DNA of 64,000 nucleotides from Candidatus Eremiobacteria bacterium (GTDB lineage Bacteria; Vulcanimicrobiota; Vulcanimicrobiia; Vulcanimicrobiales; Vulcanimicrobiaceae): NCBI GenBank assembly GCA_963758295.1, contig CAVWUU010000001.1, positions 151,274 to 215,273 of the forward strand, read 5' to 3'. Shown piece by piece: positions 56,691 to 64,000 of this stretch (position 1 is its first letter; each line of letters starts with the position of its first letter). The notes under the pieces were generated by a model. It saw only the letters and a program-made list of their open reading frames with translations, ran no database searches and was not told where the DNA came from. The position numbers and the translations under genes were made by a program.

Positions 56691-57586
56691 ACGGGGCTAG
56701 CCAGAACGTCGGCATAATCTACGCCATTCGGCGCGATGACGTAGGCAAGACCGTCGTTGCGCTGCCACAGCGCTTCAATTGCTTGTCGCCGATACACCAC
56801 CCGTACTGCGGGTGCCGCAGGATCGTTGATCGCGCAGTCGCCGCTCGCCGTGAACCCGCACAACACGGCCAGATGCCCGTCCGAGCGTTCGAGCGGCGCG
56901 CCGGGAAGTTCCCCTTTGCCCCACGAGTACGAGAGCACGACCGGAATATTGCGCTCGATCAACCGCTGCGCGTGATCGAGATTTTGCAAGAATGCCACCG
57001 TGGCGCGCAGCCCTAAGCTTCCGCTGTGCGCAACGTTAAAGGCCCAATTTCCCGTGCCGTTATAGGCGGCGTCCATGACCGCTCGTGCGGTATCTTCTAC
57101 GTTTTCGCTGATGCCGTGATAGGCATTTACCATCGAGAGGCTCGTCGGACTGCACCAGCCGCGTTCTTTGTCCACGATGTACTGCGAGCGCGCGGGCACG
57201 TCCAGAATGATTGCATCGCGTGCGTACGGCAGCGACGGCTGTTTGCGCACCGGCGTCGCGAACGAAACGAGGTTGAAGTCGACGCCGTCCGCCTGCACTT
57301 CAACACCGTCAAAAGGCTGATCGCTGCGGATCAAGTCCACCTCGACTTTGACGCGGTCGCGATCGCTCTCCGCGCTGAAAGACTTGCGCCCGTGCGGATG
57401 CCACTCGGCGTAGTCATACCAGGTGCTCGACGGTGCATGCGCGCGCAGCAAGCGAAAGCGAATTCGTCCTTGCGGCTCGTAGGTGTTCCAGCTTATGACA
57501 CCCATGCGCGCGGGTTCGAAGTAAAGCTGCGCAGACTCGCGGACGTTCACCGCTTGCGCGTAGCTAGTTAAATCTGCCACTCCCAT
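56687..57586 (-). CDS. peptidase C39-like (papain-fold cysteine peptidase) domain protein; start uncertain
   Basis: WCSPTSLSMVNAYHG (catalytic Cys context) and GHLAVLCGF...INDPA (His context). The track ORF (start 57886) overlaps the upstream SBP gene by 319 nt, so ATG 57586 or 57505 is more plausible. Confidence 0.6.
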   Translation of the reverse strand: MGVADLTSYAQAVNVRESAQLYFEPARMGVISWNTYEPQGRIRFRLLRAHAPSSTWYDYAEWHPHGRKSFSAESDRDRVKVEVDLIRSDQPFDGVEVQADGVDFNLVSFATPVRKQPSLPYARDAIILDVPARSQYIVDKERGWCSPTSLSMVNAYHGISENVEDTARAVMDAAYNGTGNWAFNVAHSGSLGLRATVAFLQNLDHAQRLIERNIPVVLSYSWGKGELPGAPLERSDGHLAVLCGFTASGDCAINDPAAPAVRVVYRRQAIEALWQRNDGLAYVIAPNGVDYADVLASPV

Positions 57587-59178
57587 GCGTTCCACGTGTC
57601 GGCCAAGAATGCCGCCGGTTTGAACCCTTTCATGTCGGTGTTGACCCCGTAATACGAGGTTTCCCAATAGAAGAAAACGGCGGGAACGACCTCGCGCAAA
57701 CGCGCTTCTTCCCGCTGGTAGAGCGCCTTGCGCTCGCTTTGATCGAATGTCGCCGACGCAGCGGCGCTCGTTTGGTCCACAATCGGATCGCGGAGCCACG
57801 ACGTATTCGAGCCGTTCGGGGGAATGAACGCCGAGTTCCAGCTTCCGGCATTGTCGGGATCCGGGCCGTTGGTATCGATCGACCACTCGAGATCGTACTT
57901 GCCGGTGTAAAGCGGCCCGTTCTGCGCGAACATCAGACTCGAGGGATAGTTGTGAATCGTCACGTCGAATCCCAGCGTCTTGAGCATCGACTGCATCACG
58001 ACTTCGGACTGTTCGTTGCTCTTTGCGCTGTTCGTAGCCGAAAGACTCACGTGCATCGCAAGCGCACCCTTGTGCAAAACGCCGTCCGCACCCCTATGCC
58101 AGCCGGCTTGCGCAAGTAAAGCCTGTGCTCGCTGGGGATCGTAACGGTACGCCTCCAGTTTCGGAGCAGCCCAAGATTCCGGATACACGTCGGAAACGGC
58201 GAGTTGATTGTATCCGTGGTAAACGCTGTCGTTGATCCGCTTCCAATCGATCCCGAAGGCAATCGCCCGGCGAACGCGGGCATCGCTGAGTTGCGGGCGG
58301 CTCGTGTTGATGCCCAAATGGCGCCAATTCGCGACCGTGCGATGCAACACGTTAATGCCGGAAATGTTTCCTAAGCGAGCAACGGCGTTGGAGTCGACGG
58401 CCGGATAGACGTCGATTTCGTGCGTCTGCAGCTGGTTGAACAACGTGTTCGTATCCGGTACGATTTTCCAAATGAGTTGTTTGAGTTTCGGCGCTCCCCG
58501 GAAGTAGTATGGGTTCGGTTCAAAAACGAGCGAAGCTCCGCGCGACCACGATTTCAGGACGTATGGACCGCTGGAGATGGGCGCGCTGTTGAACTCCGCG
58601 GTGTTTAAGTCCCGAACGTTCGCTAAAACGTGCGCCGGCAGCGGCGGATAAGCTGCGCCGCCCATCGTCAGGACGCCCATTGCCGCGACGCTTGGTTTCT
58701 TCAAACGAATGACCAGCGTGTACGGGTCGGGAGCTTTCGCCGACGCTATATCGTCCCACCCATAGCGCGTTTTCGTATTATTGTGCGGATCGCGTACGGC
58801 ATTGTACGTGAAGAGCCAGTCTTTCGCCGTTACCGCAGCGCCGTCGGACCATCGAGCGTTCTTACGAAGATGAAGCGTAATCGTGCGCTGATCGCGGCTT
58901 ATGCCACCGTTTTGGAGCGTCGGCACGGCGGTTGCGAGATCCGGGATATAATTTCCGTCGGCATCGAAGCGCAGCAGAAAAGAAAAAAGCAGCGCGCTCA
59001 CTTCATCGGTGGCGGCGTTGTGCCCAAACATTAGATTCAAACTATCGGGTTCTTGCTGTTCACCAAGACGCAGCACGCCGGGTGTGGTCCAGGGATTATG
59101 TCCGTTTGCACCGCCGCCGGTTTTCGTGCACGCTGCAAGCATCAGCGCTGCGAGAGCGGCAGCCCACCGTTTCGTCAC
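57568..59178 (-). CDS. ABC transporter substrate-binding lipoprotein, family 5 (peptide/nickel, OppA/DppA-like)
   Basis: Lipobox LAACT. 536 aa with the typical family-5 SBP layout (WSDGAAVTAKDW...). No permease or ATPase genes are adjacent. Confidence 0.85.
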   Translation of the reverse strand: MTKRWAAALAALMLAACTKTGGGANGHNPWTTPGVLRLGEQQEPDSLNLMFGHNAATDEVSALLFSFLLRFDADGNYIPDLATAVPTLQNGGISRDQRTITLHLRKNARWSDGAAVTAKDWLFTYNAVRDPHNNTKTRYGWDDIASAKAPDPYTLVIRLKKPSVAAMGVLTMGGAAYPPLPAHVLANVRDLNTAEFNSAPISSGPYVLKSWSRGASLVFEPNPYYFRGAPKLKQLIWKIVPDTNTLFNQLQTHEIDVYPAVDSNAVARLGNISGINVLHRTVANWRHLGINTSRPQLSDARVRRAIAFGIDWKRINDSVYHGYNQLAVSDVYPESWAAPKLEAYRYDPQRAQALLAQAGWHRGADGVLHKGALAMHVSLSATNSAKSNEQSEVVMQSMLKTLGFDVTIHNYPSSLMFAQNGPLYTGKYDLEWSIDTNGPDPDNAGSWNSAFIPPNGSNTSWLRDPIVDQTSAAASATFDQSERKALYQREEARLREVVPAVFFYWETSYYGVNTDMKGFKPAAFLADTWNAWEWQI

Positions 59179-60230
59179 GCGCGCAGCGGCTCGGTACGGC
59201 GTATTTTGGGTGCGATCGCGGCGTATAGCCCGTGCGGGCCGCTCCGAACGACGTCGTCCACCGGCAGCTGCGTCTCGACTTTAGCGCGTTCGATTTCCGC
59301 CGTCGCCTGCTCCGCGGAAAGCGTACGGGTATTGAGTGCAATGCCTACCACACGCGCCGGCTTGACGGTTGCGAGCAAGGCTTCGTGAATGCGAATCAAC
59401 TCGCGGTACCGGAGCGCCGGCGTTTGAAAGCCGGACACACTCTCAAGCAATGGGTCGCAAACAAGAATAAGCGCATCCGGTGCGCTTCCGTACATCAAGG
59501 ACAGCGTGACGGGTGCGTATGCCGGATGGTTGATGCTGCCTTGTCCTTCGACCACGATTAACCCGGGCTTCGATTCGGCCGCATGCAGCACGAGCTGCTC
59601 CGTTGCACCCGGCGCGAAGTCCGCAATCACACGATCGATCGAAATGCCCCACCCGGCAATCATGATGCCGGTTTGTCCCGTTGGGACGAACGCCGCGCGG
59701 GTTCCGGCTTCTTCGGCCGCACGAACGAGTTCGAGTGCGACCGTCATCTTGCCGACGGCGCAATCGTTGCCGACCATCAAAAGCGTCGGTGCTTCAACGT
59801 CGTACACGGCTCCGGAAAAGAGCGGTATCGCGGGAGGTTTGCGCACGTCCCAGATCCGGCGCCGCTCTTTTGCGCGATCGCCTGAAATTCGCGGATCCTC
59901 GCCGAGCATGTCGTGCAAGCCGTTCACGAGTTCCAAGCCGCTTTCGAGTCCGCGTCGGACTTCGGCTCGCCAGCTTTCCGGCAGCGCTCCGCCTTGCGGC
60001 GCCGTTCCTATCAGCAGCGACGTCGGTTCGTATTGCATGGCGTCGCCGACGTTCGCAACGATCGGCGCATCGCTCTTTAGATGAGGCAAGACCTCGCGCA
60101 CGCTGCGTCCCGCGCACTCGGGATCGACCACCGCAACGGTTTCGTCGTTTCCATAGGCGATCACGCCGTGCGCCGTTTTCGCATCATCGGCGAAATGTTG
60201 CGGTGCGAGAATGGCATACCGCCGTTTCAC
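59175..60230 (-). CDS. DUF1611-family protein (DgcN-like putative N-acetyltransferase)
   Basis: 351 aa with the P-loop-like motif GNDCAVGKMT and GQGSINHPAY, characteristic of DUF1611. Paired with an enolase-superfamily epimerase, as DgcN-DgcA pairs are. Confidence 0.7.
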   Translation of the reverse strand: MKRRYAILAPQHFADDAKTAHGVIAYGNDETVAVVDPECAGRSVREVLPHLKSDAPIVANVGDAMQYEPTSLLIGTAPQGGALPESWRAEVRRGLESGLELVNGLHDMLGEDPRISGDRAKERRRIWDVRKPPAIPLFSGAVYDVEAPTLLMVGNDCAVGKMTVALELVRAAEEAGTRAAFVPTGQTGIMIAGWGISIDRVIADFAPGATEQLVLHAAESKPGLIVVEGQGSINHPAYAPVTLSLMYGSAPDALILVCDPLLESVSGFQTPALRYRELIRIHEALLATVKPARVVGIALNTRTLSAEQATAEIERAKVETQLPVDDVVRSGPHGLYAAIAPKIRRTEPLRA

Positions 60231-61243
60231 GCCGGAACGCGCTCCGTTACGCCGAGGCCCGGCGCGTTGGGAAGCACCAGTTTGCCGTTATCATACGTGA
60301 CGCCCGCGAAAGGATCGTCGTTGATCAGGAACGGTCCGTCTATATCCGCCCAATCGACAAGCGGCGAGATGTGCGCTGCGGCGGTTGCAGCGAGCGAACT
60401 CTCGACCATGCAGCCCAGCATCACTTTCATGCCGAGCGCGCGTGCCGTGTGAATCATCGCTAGCGCACCCCGGATGCCGCCGCATTTCGCGAGCTTTACG
60501 TTGATGCCGTCCACGCAGCCGTAGAGCCTCGGCAGGTCGTTTGCGTCGAGCGAATCTTCGTCCGTTACGATCGGAATCGGCGACCCTTCGCGGACGGCGC
60601 GCAAGCCGTCGGGCGAGCCGGCCGCAATGGGTTGTTCGCAGAATTCGATTTCGAAGCGGCCGAGTTCGCGCAAGATCGCGACCGCGCTCTCGACGGTCCA
60701 GCCTTCATTCGCGTCGATTCGAATCGTGCCGGTGTAGCGTTCGCGAATCGAGGCGATCGTTTCGATTTGTTCTTCCGGCGTGCCAAGCCCCAACTTCACT
60801 TTTAGGACCGGATGATCGCCGATTTCGGCCAGCTTGCGTAACGTCGTTTCGGGATCGGCTATACCGACGGTAAAAGAAGTAACCGGCGTCTCGCGCGGAT
60901 CGAGTCCGAGCAATGCGTACAGCGGCTTCCCGAGGTCTTTGCCGATGAGGTCGTGCAGCGCGAGGTCGAATCCGGCGCGCGCTGCGGGCGGGATCTCCGG
61001 ATCAAGCAGTTCTTCGAGGAAGTACGGATCGCCGGCCCGCGGGCGGTACCCCTTGAAAAAAGCCGCAATCGATTCGGCCGACTCGCTGTAGCGTTCGACC
61101 GGCGCCGCTTCACCGATGCCTTCGAGTTCACCGCTTCGCACGCGAACGAGCGCCGTTCGCGCGACGCGCTCTTCACCGCGCGCAATCTTGAACGGATGTT
61201 TGAGCGGAAGGTCCAGCGGCGAAACGGTAAGCGTCAAGCCCAT
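60227..61243 (-). CDS. enolase-superfamily dipeptide epimerase (L-Ala-D/L-Glu epimerase-like / DgcA-like)
   Basis: Metal-ligand and catalytic-lysine pattern (LKVKLG, RIDANEGW, EFCEQP, IVTDE, NVKLAKCGG). Start taken at ATG 61243, because longer starts overlap the divergent photolyase gene. Confidence 0.8.
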   Translation of the reverse strand: MGLTLTVSPLDLPLKHPFKIARGEERVARTALVRVRSGELEGIGEAAPVERYSESAESIAAFFKGYRPRAGDPYFLEELLDPEIPPAARAGFDLALHDLIGKDLGKPLYALLGLDPRETPVTSFTVGIADPETTLRKLAEIGDHPVLKVKLGLGTPEEQIETIASIRERYTGTIRIDANEGWTVESAVAILRELGRFEIEFCEQPIAAGSPDGLRAVREGSPIPIVTDEDSLDANDLPRLYGCVDGINVKLAKCGGIRGALAMIHTARALGMKVMLGCMVESSLAATAAAHISPLVDWADIDGPFLINDDPFAGVTYDNGKLVLPNAPGLGVTERVPA

Positions 61244-61292
61244 CTTCGGCGGAGTTATCTTTTCCGCCACTGCTATCCTCGAAAGTGCGTGA

Positions 61293-62789
61293 ATGGACGT
61301 CGAGTACAACCGTTCCATTGTGTGGCTGCGCCGCGACCTGCGGCTGCGCGATAACGTCGCGCTTGCCGAGGCGGCCAAGCGTTCCCGCGAACTCTGCGTT
61401 GCGTTCACTTTGGATCCGGTGCTGTTGAAGAGCCAGCGAATCGGCGCGCCTATCGTTCAGGCATTTTTCGATGCGCTCGAGGAGCTGCGCCGTTCATTGC
61501 GCGAGCGCGGCAGCGATCTCGCTTTGCTACAGGGTGATTTCGGCGACCAACTTCTGGGACTCGCGCAGCGCACCGGTGCGCAAGCCGTTTTCTTCAACGA
61601 AGACTACGACCCGTCGGCCATCGCGCGCGACGCGAGAGTTTCGGCGGCGCTCCAAGGCGCAGGCATCGCCGTCCACGCGTCGCTCGATCATGTCTATTAC
61701 GGCGAACACGAGTTGCGCAACGAACAAGGCGAACCGTACAAAATCTTTACCCCTTATCGGAACCGCTGGCGGCGAAAACAGGCAGAAGCACCGCGGCCGC
61801 CCGTTGATTCCGAGACCATGCTGGAAGAAAGACTGCTCTCAAGTGACGAGCTAGGCCGGACGCTCGATGTGCCGGCGCCCGGGGCATTCGATAGAGCGGC
61901 CTCCGACGAGTATCCGCCATGCCGCGAAAACCTCGGATTGGAATTGCTCGAAGATTTCCTTGCGCCGGGCGGCGCCGGCGAACGGTATGTCGAGCGGCGG
62001 GATGCACCGGCGCTGGACGGAACGTCGCACCTGTCAGTTCAGCTGCGTGCCGGCACGATCGGCATTCGAACGTGCTTCGCGCAGGCATTTGAGGCATCGC
62101 TGCGCCCCGGCGGCGCTCAAATCGAAAAGTGGATCGACGAGTTGATCTGGCGAGAATTCTATCAATCGGTACTCAAAGCGTTTCCATACGTCGACGGGGC
62201 GCCGTATGTCACCGCCGCCGCTAATATTCCCTGGCGAAACGATCGCCCGGAATTCGCCCGCTGGTGCCGCGGAGAAACGGGCTACCCGATCGTGGATGCT
62301 GCCATGACGCAGCTCAATCGCACGGGATGGATGCATAATCGACTACGCATGCTCGTTGCGTCGTTCCTCACGAAGCATTTGCTAATCGATTGGCGCTGGG
62401 GCGAACGGTACTTCGAACAGCATCTGGCCGACGCGGATCTCGCGCAAAATAACGGCGGCTGGCAATGGGCCGCGTCGACCGGTATGGATTCCGCGCCGTA
62501 CTTTCGCGTGTTCAATCCGGTACTGCAAAGTAAGAAATTCGACCCGAACGGCAGCTTCATTCGTTCGATGATGCCGGCATTTGCAAAGGTCCCCGACCGC
62601 TACATCCATTCGCCCTGGCTACTGCCGCCATTGCTACAGGCGGAATACCGCTGCATCGTCGGTGACGACTATCCGGCTCCGATCGTCGAGCACGCTTACG
62701 CACGTGCTCGCGCCCTCGATGCCTATGGATCCGTGCTCGGAAAGAAGCCGCCGCTTTCAGTGGCCCATTCTCGTGGGCGCGCTAATTAG
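61293..62789 (+). CDS. phr: deoxyribodipyrimidine photolyase (cryptochrome/photolyase family)
   Basis: IVWLRRDLRLRDNVAL N-terminal domain and the FAD-binding C-terminus (TGYPIVDAAMTQLNRTGWMHNRLRM, WQWAASTG, APYFRVFNP). Confidence 0.93.
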   Translation: MDVEYNRSIVWLRRDLRLRDNVALAEAAKRSRELCVAFTLDPVLLKSQRIGAPIVQAFFDALEELRRSLRERGSDLALLQGDFGDQLLGLAQRTGAQAVFFNEDYDPSAIARDARVSAALQGAGIAVHASLDHVYYGEHELRNEQGEPYKIFTPYRNRWRRKQAEAPRPPVDSETMLEERLLSSDELGRTLDVPAPGAFDRAASDEYPPCRENLGLELLEDFLAPGGAGERYVERRDAPALDGTSHLSVQLRAGTIGIRTCFAQAFEASLRPGGAQIEKWIDELIWREFYQSVLKAFPYVDGAPYVTAAANIPWRNDRPEFARWCRGETGYPIVDAAMTQLNRTGWMHNRLRMLVASFLTKHLLIDWRWGERYFEQHLADADLAQNNGGWQWAASTGMDSAPYFRVFNPVLQSKKFDPNGSFIRSMMPAFAKVPDRYIHSPWLLPPLLQAEYRCIVGDDYPAPIVEHAYARARALDAYGSVLGKKPPLSVAHSRGRAN

Positions 62790-62891
62790 CGTCCCAGGGT
62801 CGGCTTTATTCTCTGGCGGCTTTCGAAACGCAGAAATCGTTCAGCGCGATGAGGCAGTGCTTCGCCTCATGAAGGATCGTAAAAAACGCCT

Positions 62892-63374
62892 TTATCGGGC
62901 GGTCGGTGAAGCGACGCGATACGTCGTTCCGGAGTGATCGTAGCGTTGAGCTTCGCCGAGAAAGCGCGCGGCGTGCGCTTCACTTCCGCGGATAACGCGC
63001 CGCTCTTCGGCATTGTCGTATTCCGGATCGAAGGTATTGCGCAAACGCTGTCCGGTATTGCCATTTTCAACCGCGTGATCGACTTCATGCCCAAGGCCGA
63101 GTGCCGGAGATTGCCGGCCGCCTCCGGTGGTGCGCAGAGCGCTGTAAGGATCCCATGCGATCGTGTTCGTGTTAGGATCGTAGTGATCGTCATTGCGATG
63201 GTTGATCGTCAACGCATAATGGCGATGCGAGCGTTCCAGCTTGTCGAACAACCGCCGCTCCTGTGCATCGCGGCTAAGATAGGCCTTCGCGGTTTCGTAG
63301 GCCGATTCGGCAGTTTTCGGCACGTCGAGCGTACACTTTAGACTTGATTCGCGCGTAATCGCTCTCGCAAACAT
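62892..63374 (-). CDS. small HExxH zinc-metallopeptidase-like protein (effector/toxin-type fold suspected)
   Basis: 160 aa with no signal peptide. LGLGHEVDHAV is an HExxH motif, preceded by NTIAWDP and followed by EERRVIRGSE. This layout is reminiscent of M91/NleD-like or polymorphic-toxin metallopeptidases. Confidence 0.55.
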   Translation of the reverse strand: MFARAITRESSLKCTLDVPKTAESAYETAKAYLSRDAQERRLFDKLERSHRHYALTINHRNDDHYDPNTNTIAWDPYSALRTTGGGRQSPALGLGHEVDHAVENGNTGQRLRNTFDPEYDNAEERRVIRGSEAHAARFLGEAQRYDHSGTTYRVASPTAR

Positions 63375-63643
63375 AGCGAGCGTGCCATCACGCGAACAAC
63401 ACGCAACGTCAAGAGTAACAGAACGAAAAACGCGCGCCTGTCAAGACTTGACGCCGATGGTACGGTAATAACGCTCGACTGCGTTTAGCGCGCACCACGC
63501 ATAGGTGCCGAACCGACTTGGTATACATCGGGAGCATCAGCTCCGGATACGACGGCAGAGCTTGGGTTTCGTACCTGCCTTGCCTGCGCCCGGGCCGCAC
63601 CCACCTGCGAGAACGCAGGTTCAGTTACCTCGCGTGGCAGACG

Positions 63644-64000
63644 CTACGTGCGGTCGAGTTCGAATCTAGCAAGCGCGATGCGCCACAGGCGTGTCGCGCT
63701 TCGCACTTGTGCCGGTTCAGCGGCACCATCAAGAATCAGTGGCCCACGAAAGCTCCCAAAGCGTTCGAGGAATGCCTCAGCCGTCGGTTCGTCTGCGGCG
63801 ATCGGCGCGTACAGGGCGACGGCCTTGGGCTCAAGCGCTCCAATGTCTTCCGCCATGCCGTTCGGATCCAATGCATAGCGCAGCCATGCCGAGTCCGCTT
63901 CCTTGCTTACGCGCTTACAATCCAGCACCGAACCGGCGAACGTCCCGGCCGCATTGCGAAGTCCGAGGGTTACGTTCGCCTTCTTGGCGATCCCGGTCGC
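63644..64000 (-). CDS. hypothetical protein, 5' end outside the window
   Basis: The frame stays open from 64000 through the track ORF (GTG 63928) to the stop at 63644. No motif recognised. Confidence 0.4.
   Translation of the reverse strand, partial: ATGIAKKANVTLGLRNAAGTFAGSVLDCKRVSKEADSAWLRYALDPNGMAEDIGALEPKAVALYAPIAADEPTAEAFLERFGSFRGPLILDGAAEPAQVRSATRLWRIALARFELDRT

Noticed and set aside
63410-63560. Short matches to RNase P RNA (AACAGA...GCCGATGG...AGCGCGCACC) and to the tmRNA 5' end (GGATACGACGG).
   Set aside because: The universally conserved GGAAAGTCCGGGC element and the rest of the P4/P15 core are absent upstream, and no tmRNA 3' tRNA-like end follows at the right distance. The similarities look fortuitous.
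63656-63667. GAGTTCGAATCT, which resembles a tRNA/tmRNA T-loop and could hint at a tRNA gene or an integration att remnant.
   Set aside because: The flanking bases do not form a T-stem (3/5 pairs at best). No acceptor, D or anticodon arms can be drawn on either strand. The motif also lies inside the 3' end of an open reading frame.
1-64000. Search for CRISPR arrays, rRNA genes, IS elements/transposases, integrases and phage structural genes.
   Set aside because: No regularly spaced direct repeats, no rRNA-like conserved blocks, no DDE/tyrosine/serine recombinase motifs and no terminal inverted repeats were recognised by eye. The only repeats seen are the gene-end duplications and paralogous genes reported above.

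Overview
This is a densely coding, high-GC bacterial chromosomal segment (roughly 60-65% GC by eye, not computed). No rRNA, convincing tRNA, CRISPR array, transposase or integrase was recognised. Most of it is housekeeping. On the minus strand there are maf-mreC-mreD-mrdA and rpmA-obg-nadD. On the plus strand there are trpS (partial), fabF-rnc-smc-purH, hisS-accB, aspS and a photolyase gene. An ADP-heptose pathway sits next to an LpxB-like gene and an alternating GT2/GT9 glycosyltransferase array, which suggests a diderm-type envelope. Eight things stand out. (1) A tandemly duplicated two-gene module, where each ~1085-aa signal-less protein with six DUF11/CARDB-like repeats is followed by a small single-pass membrane protein with a HEAT-like tail. 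(2) A translationally coupled pair made of an 899-aa Zn-phospholipase-C-like protein and a His-rich/Gly-rich 413-423-aa protein. (3) A variable locus just 3' of purH with interleaved duplicated gene ends (purH end, PQQ-propeller gene end) that bracket a low-GC cassette. (4) An intact 100-aa chimeric ORF created by an old tandem duplication of the mreD-3'/mrdA-5' junction. (5) An smc gene broken by a 1-nt frameshift in a G run. (6) A RES/Xre-type toxin-antitoxin pair with an apparently leaderless promoter. (7) An L27 with a Prp-type N-terminal propeptide but no rplU or prp nearby. (8) A murein-peptide/D-Glu salvage-like operon and a small HExxH protein. The many long antisense ORFs in the six-frame track are high-GC shadow ORFs and are not called.
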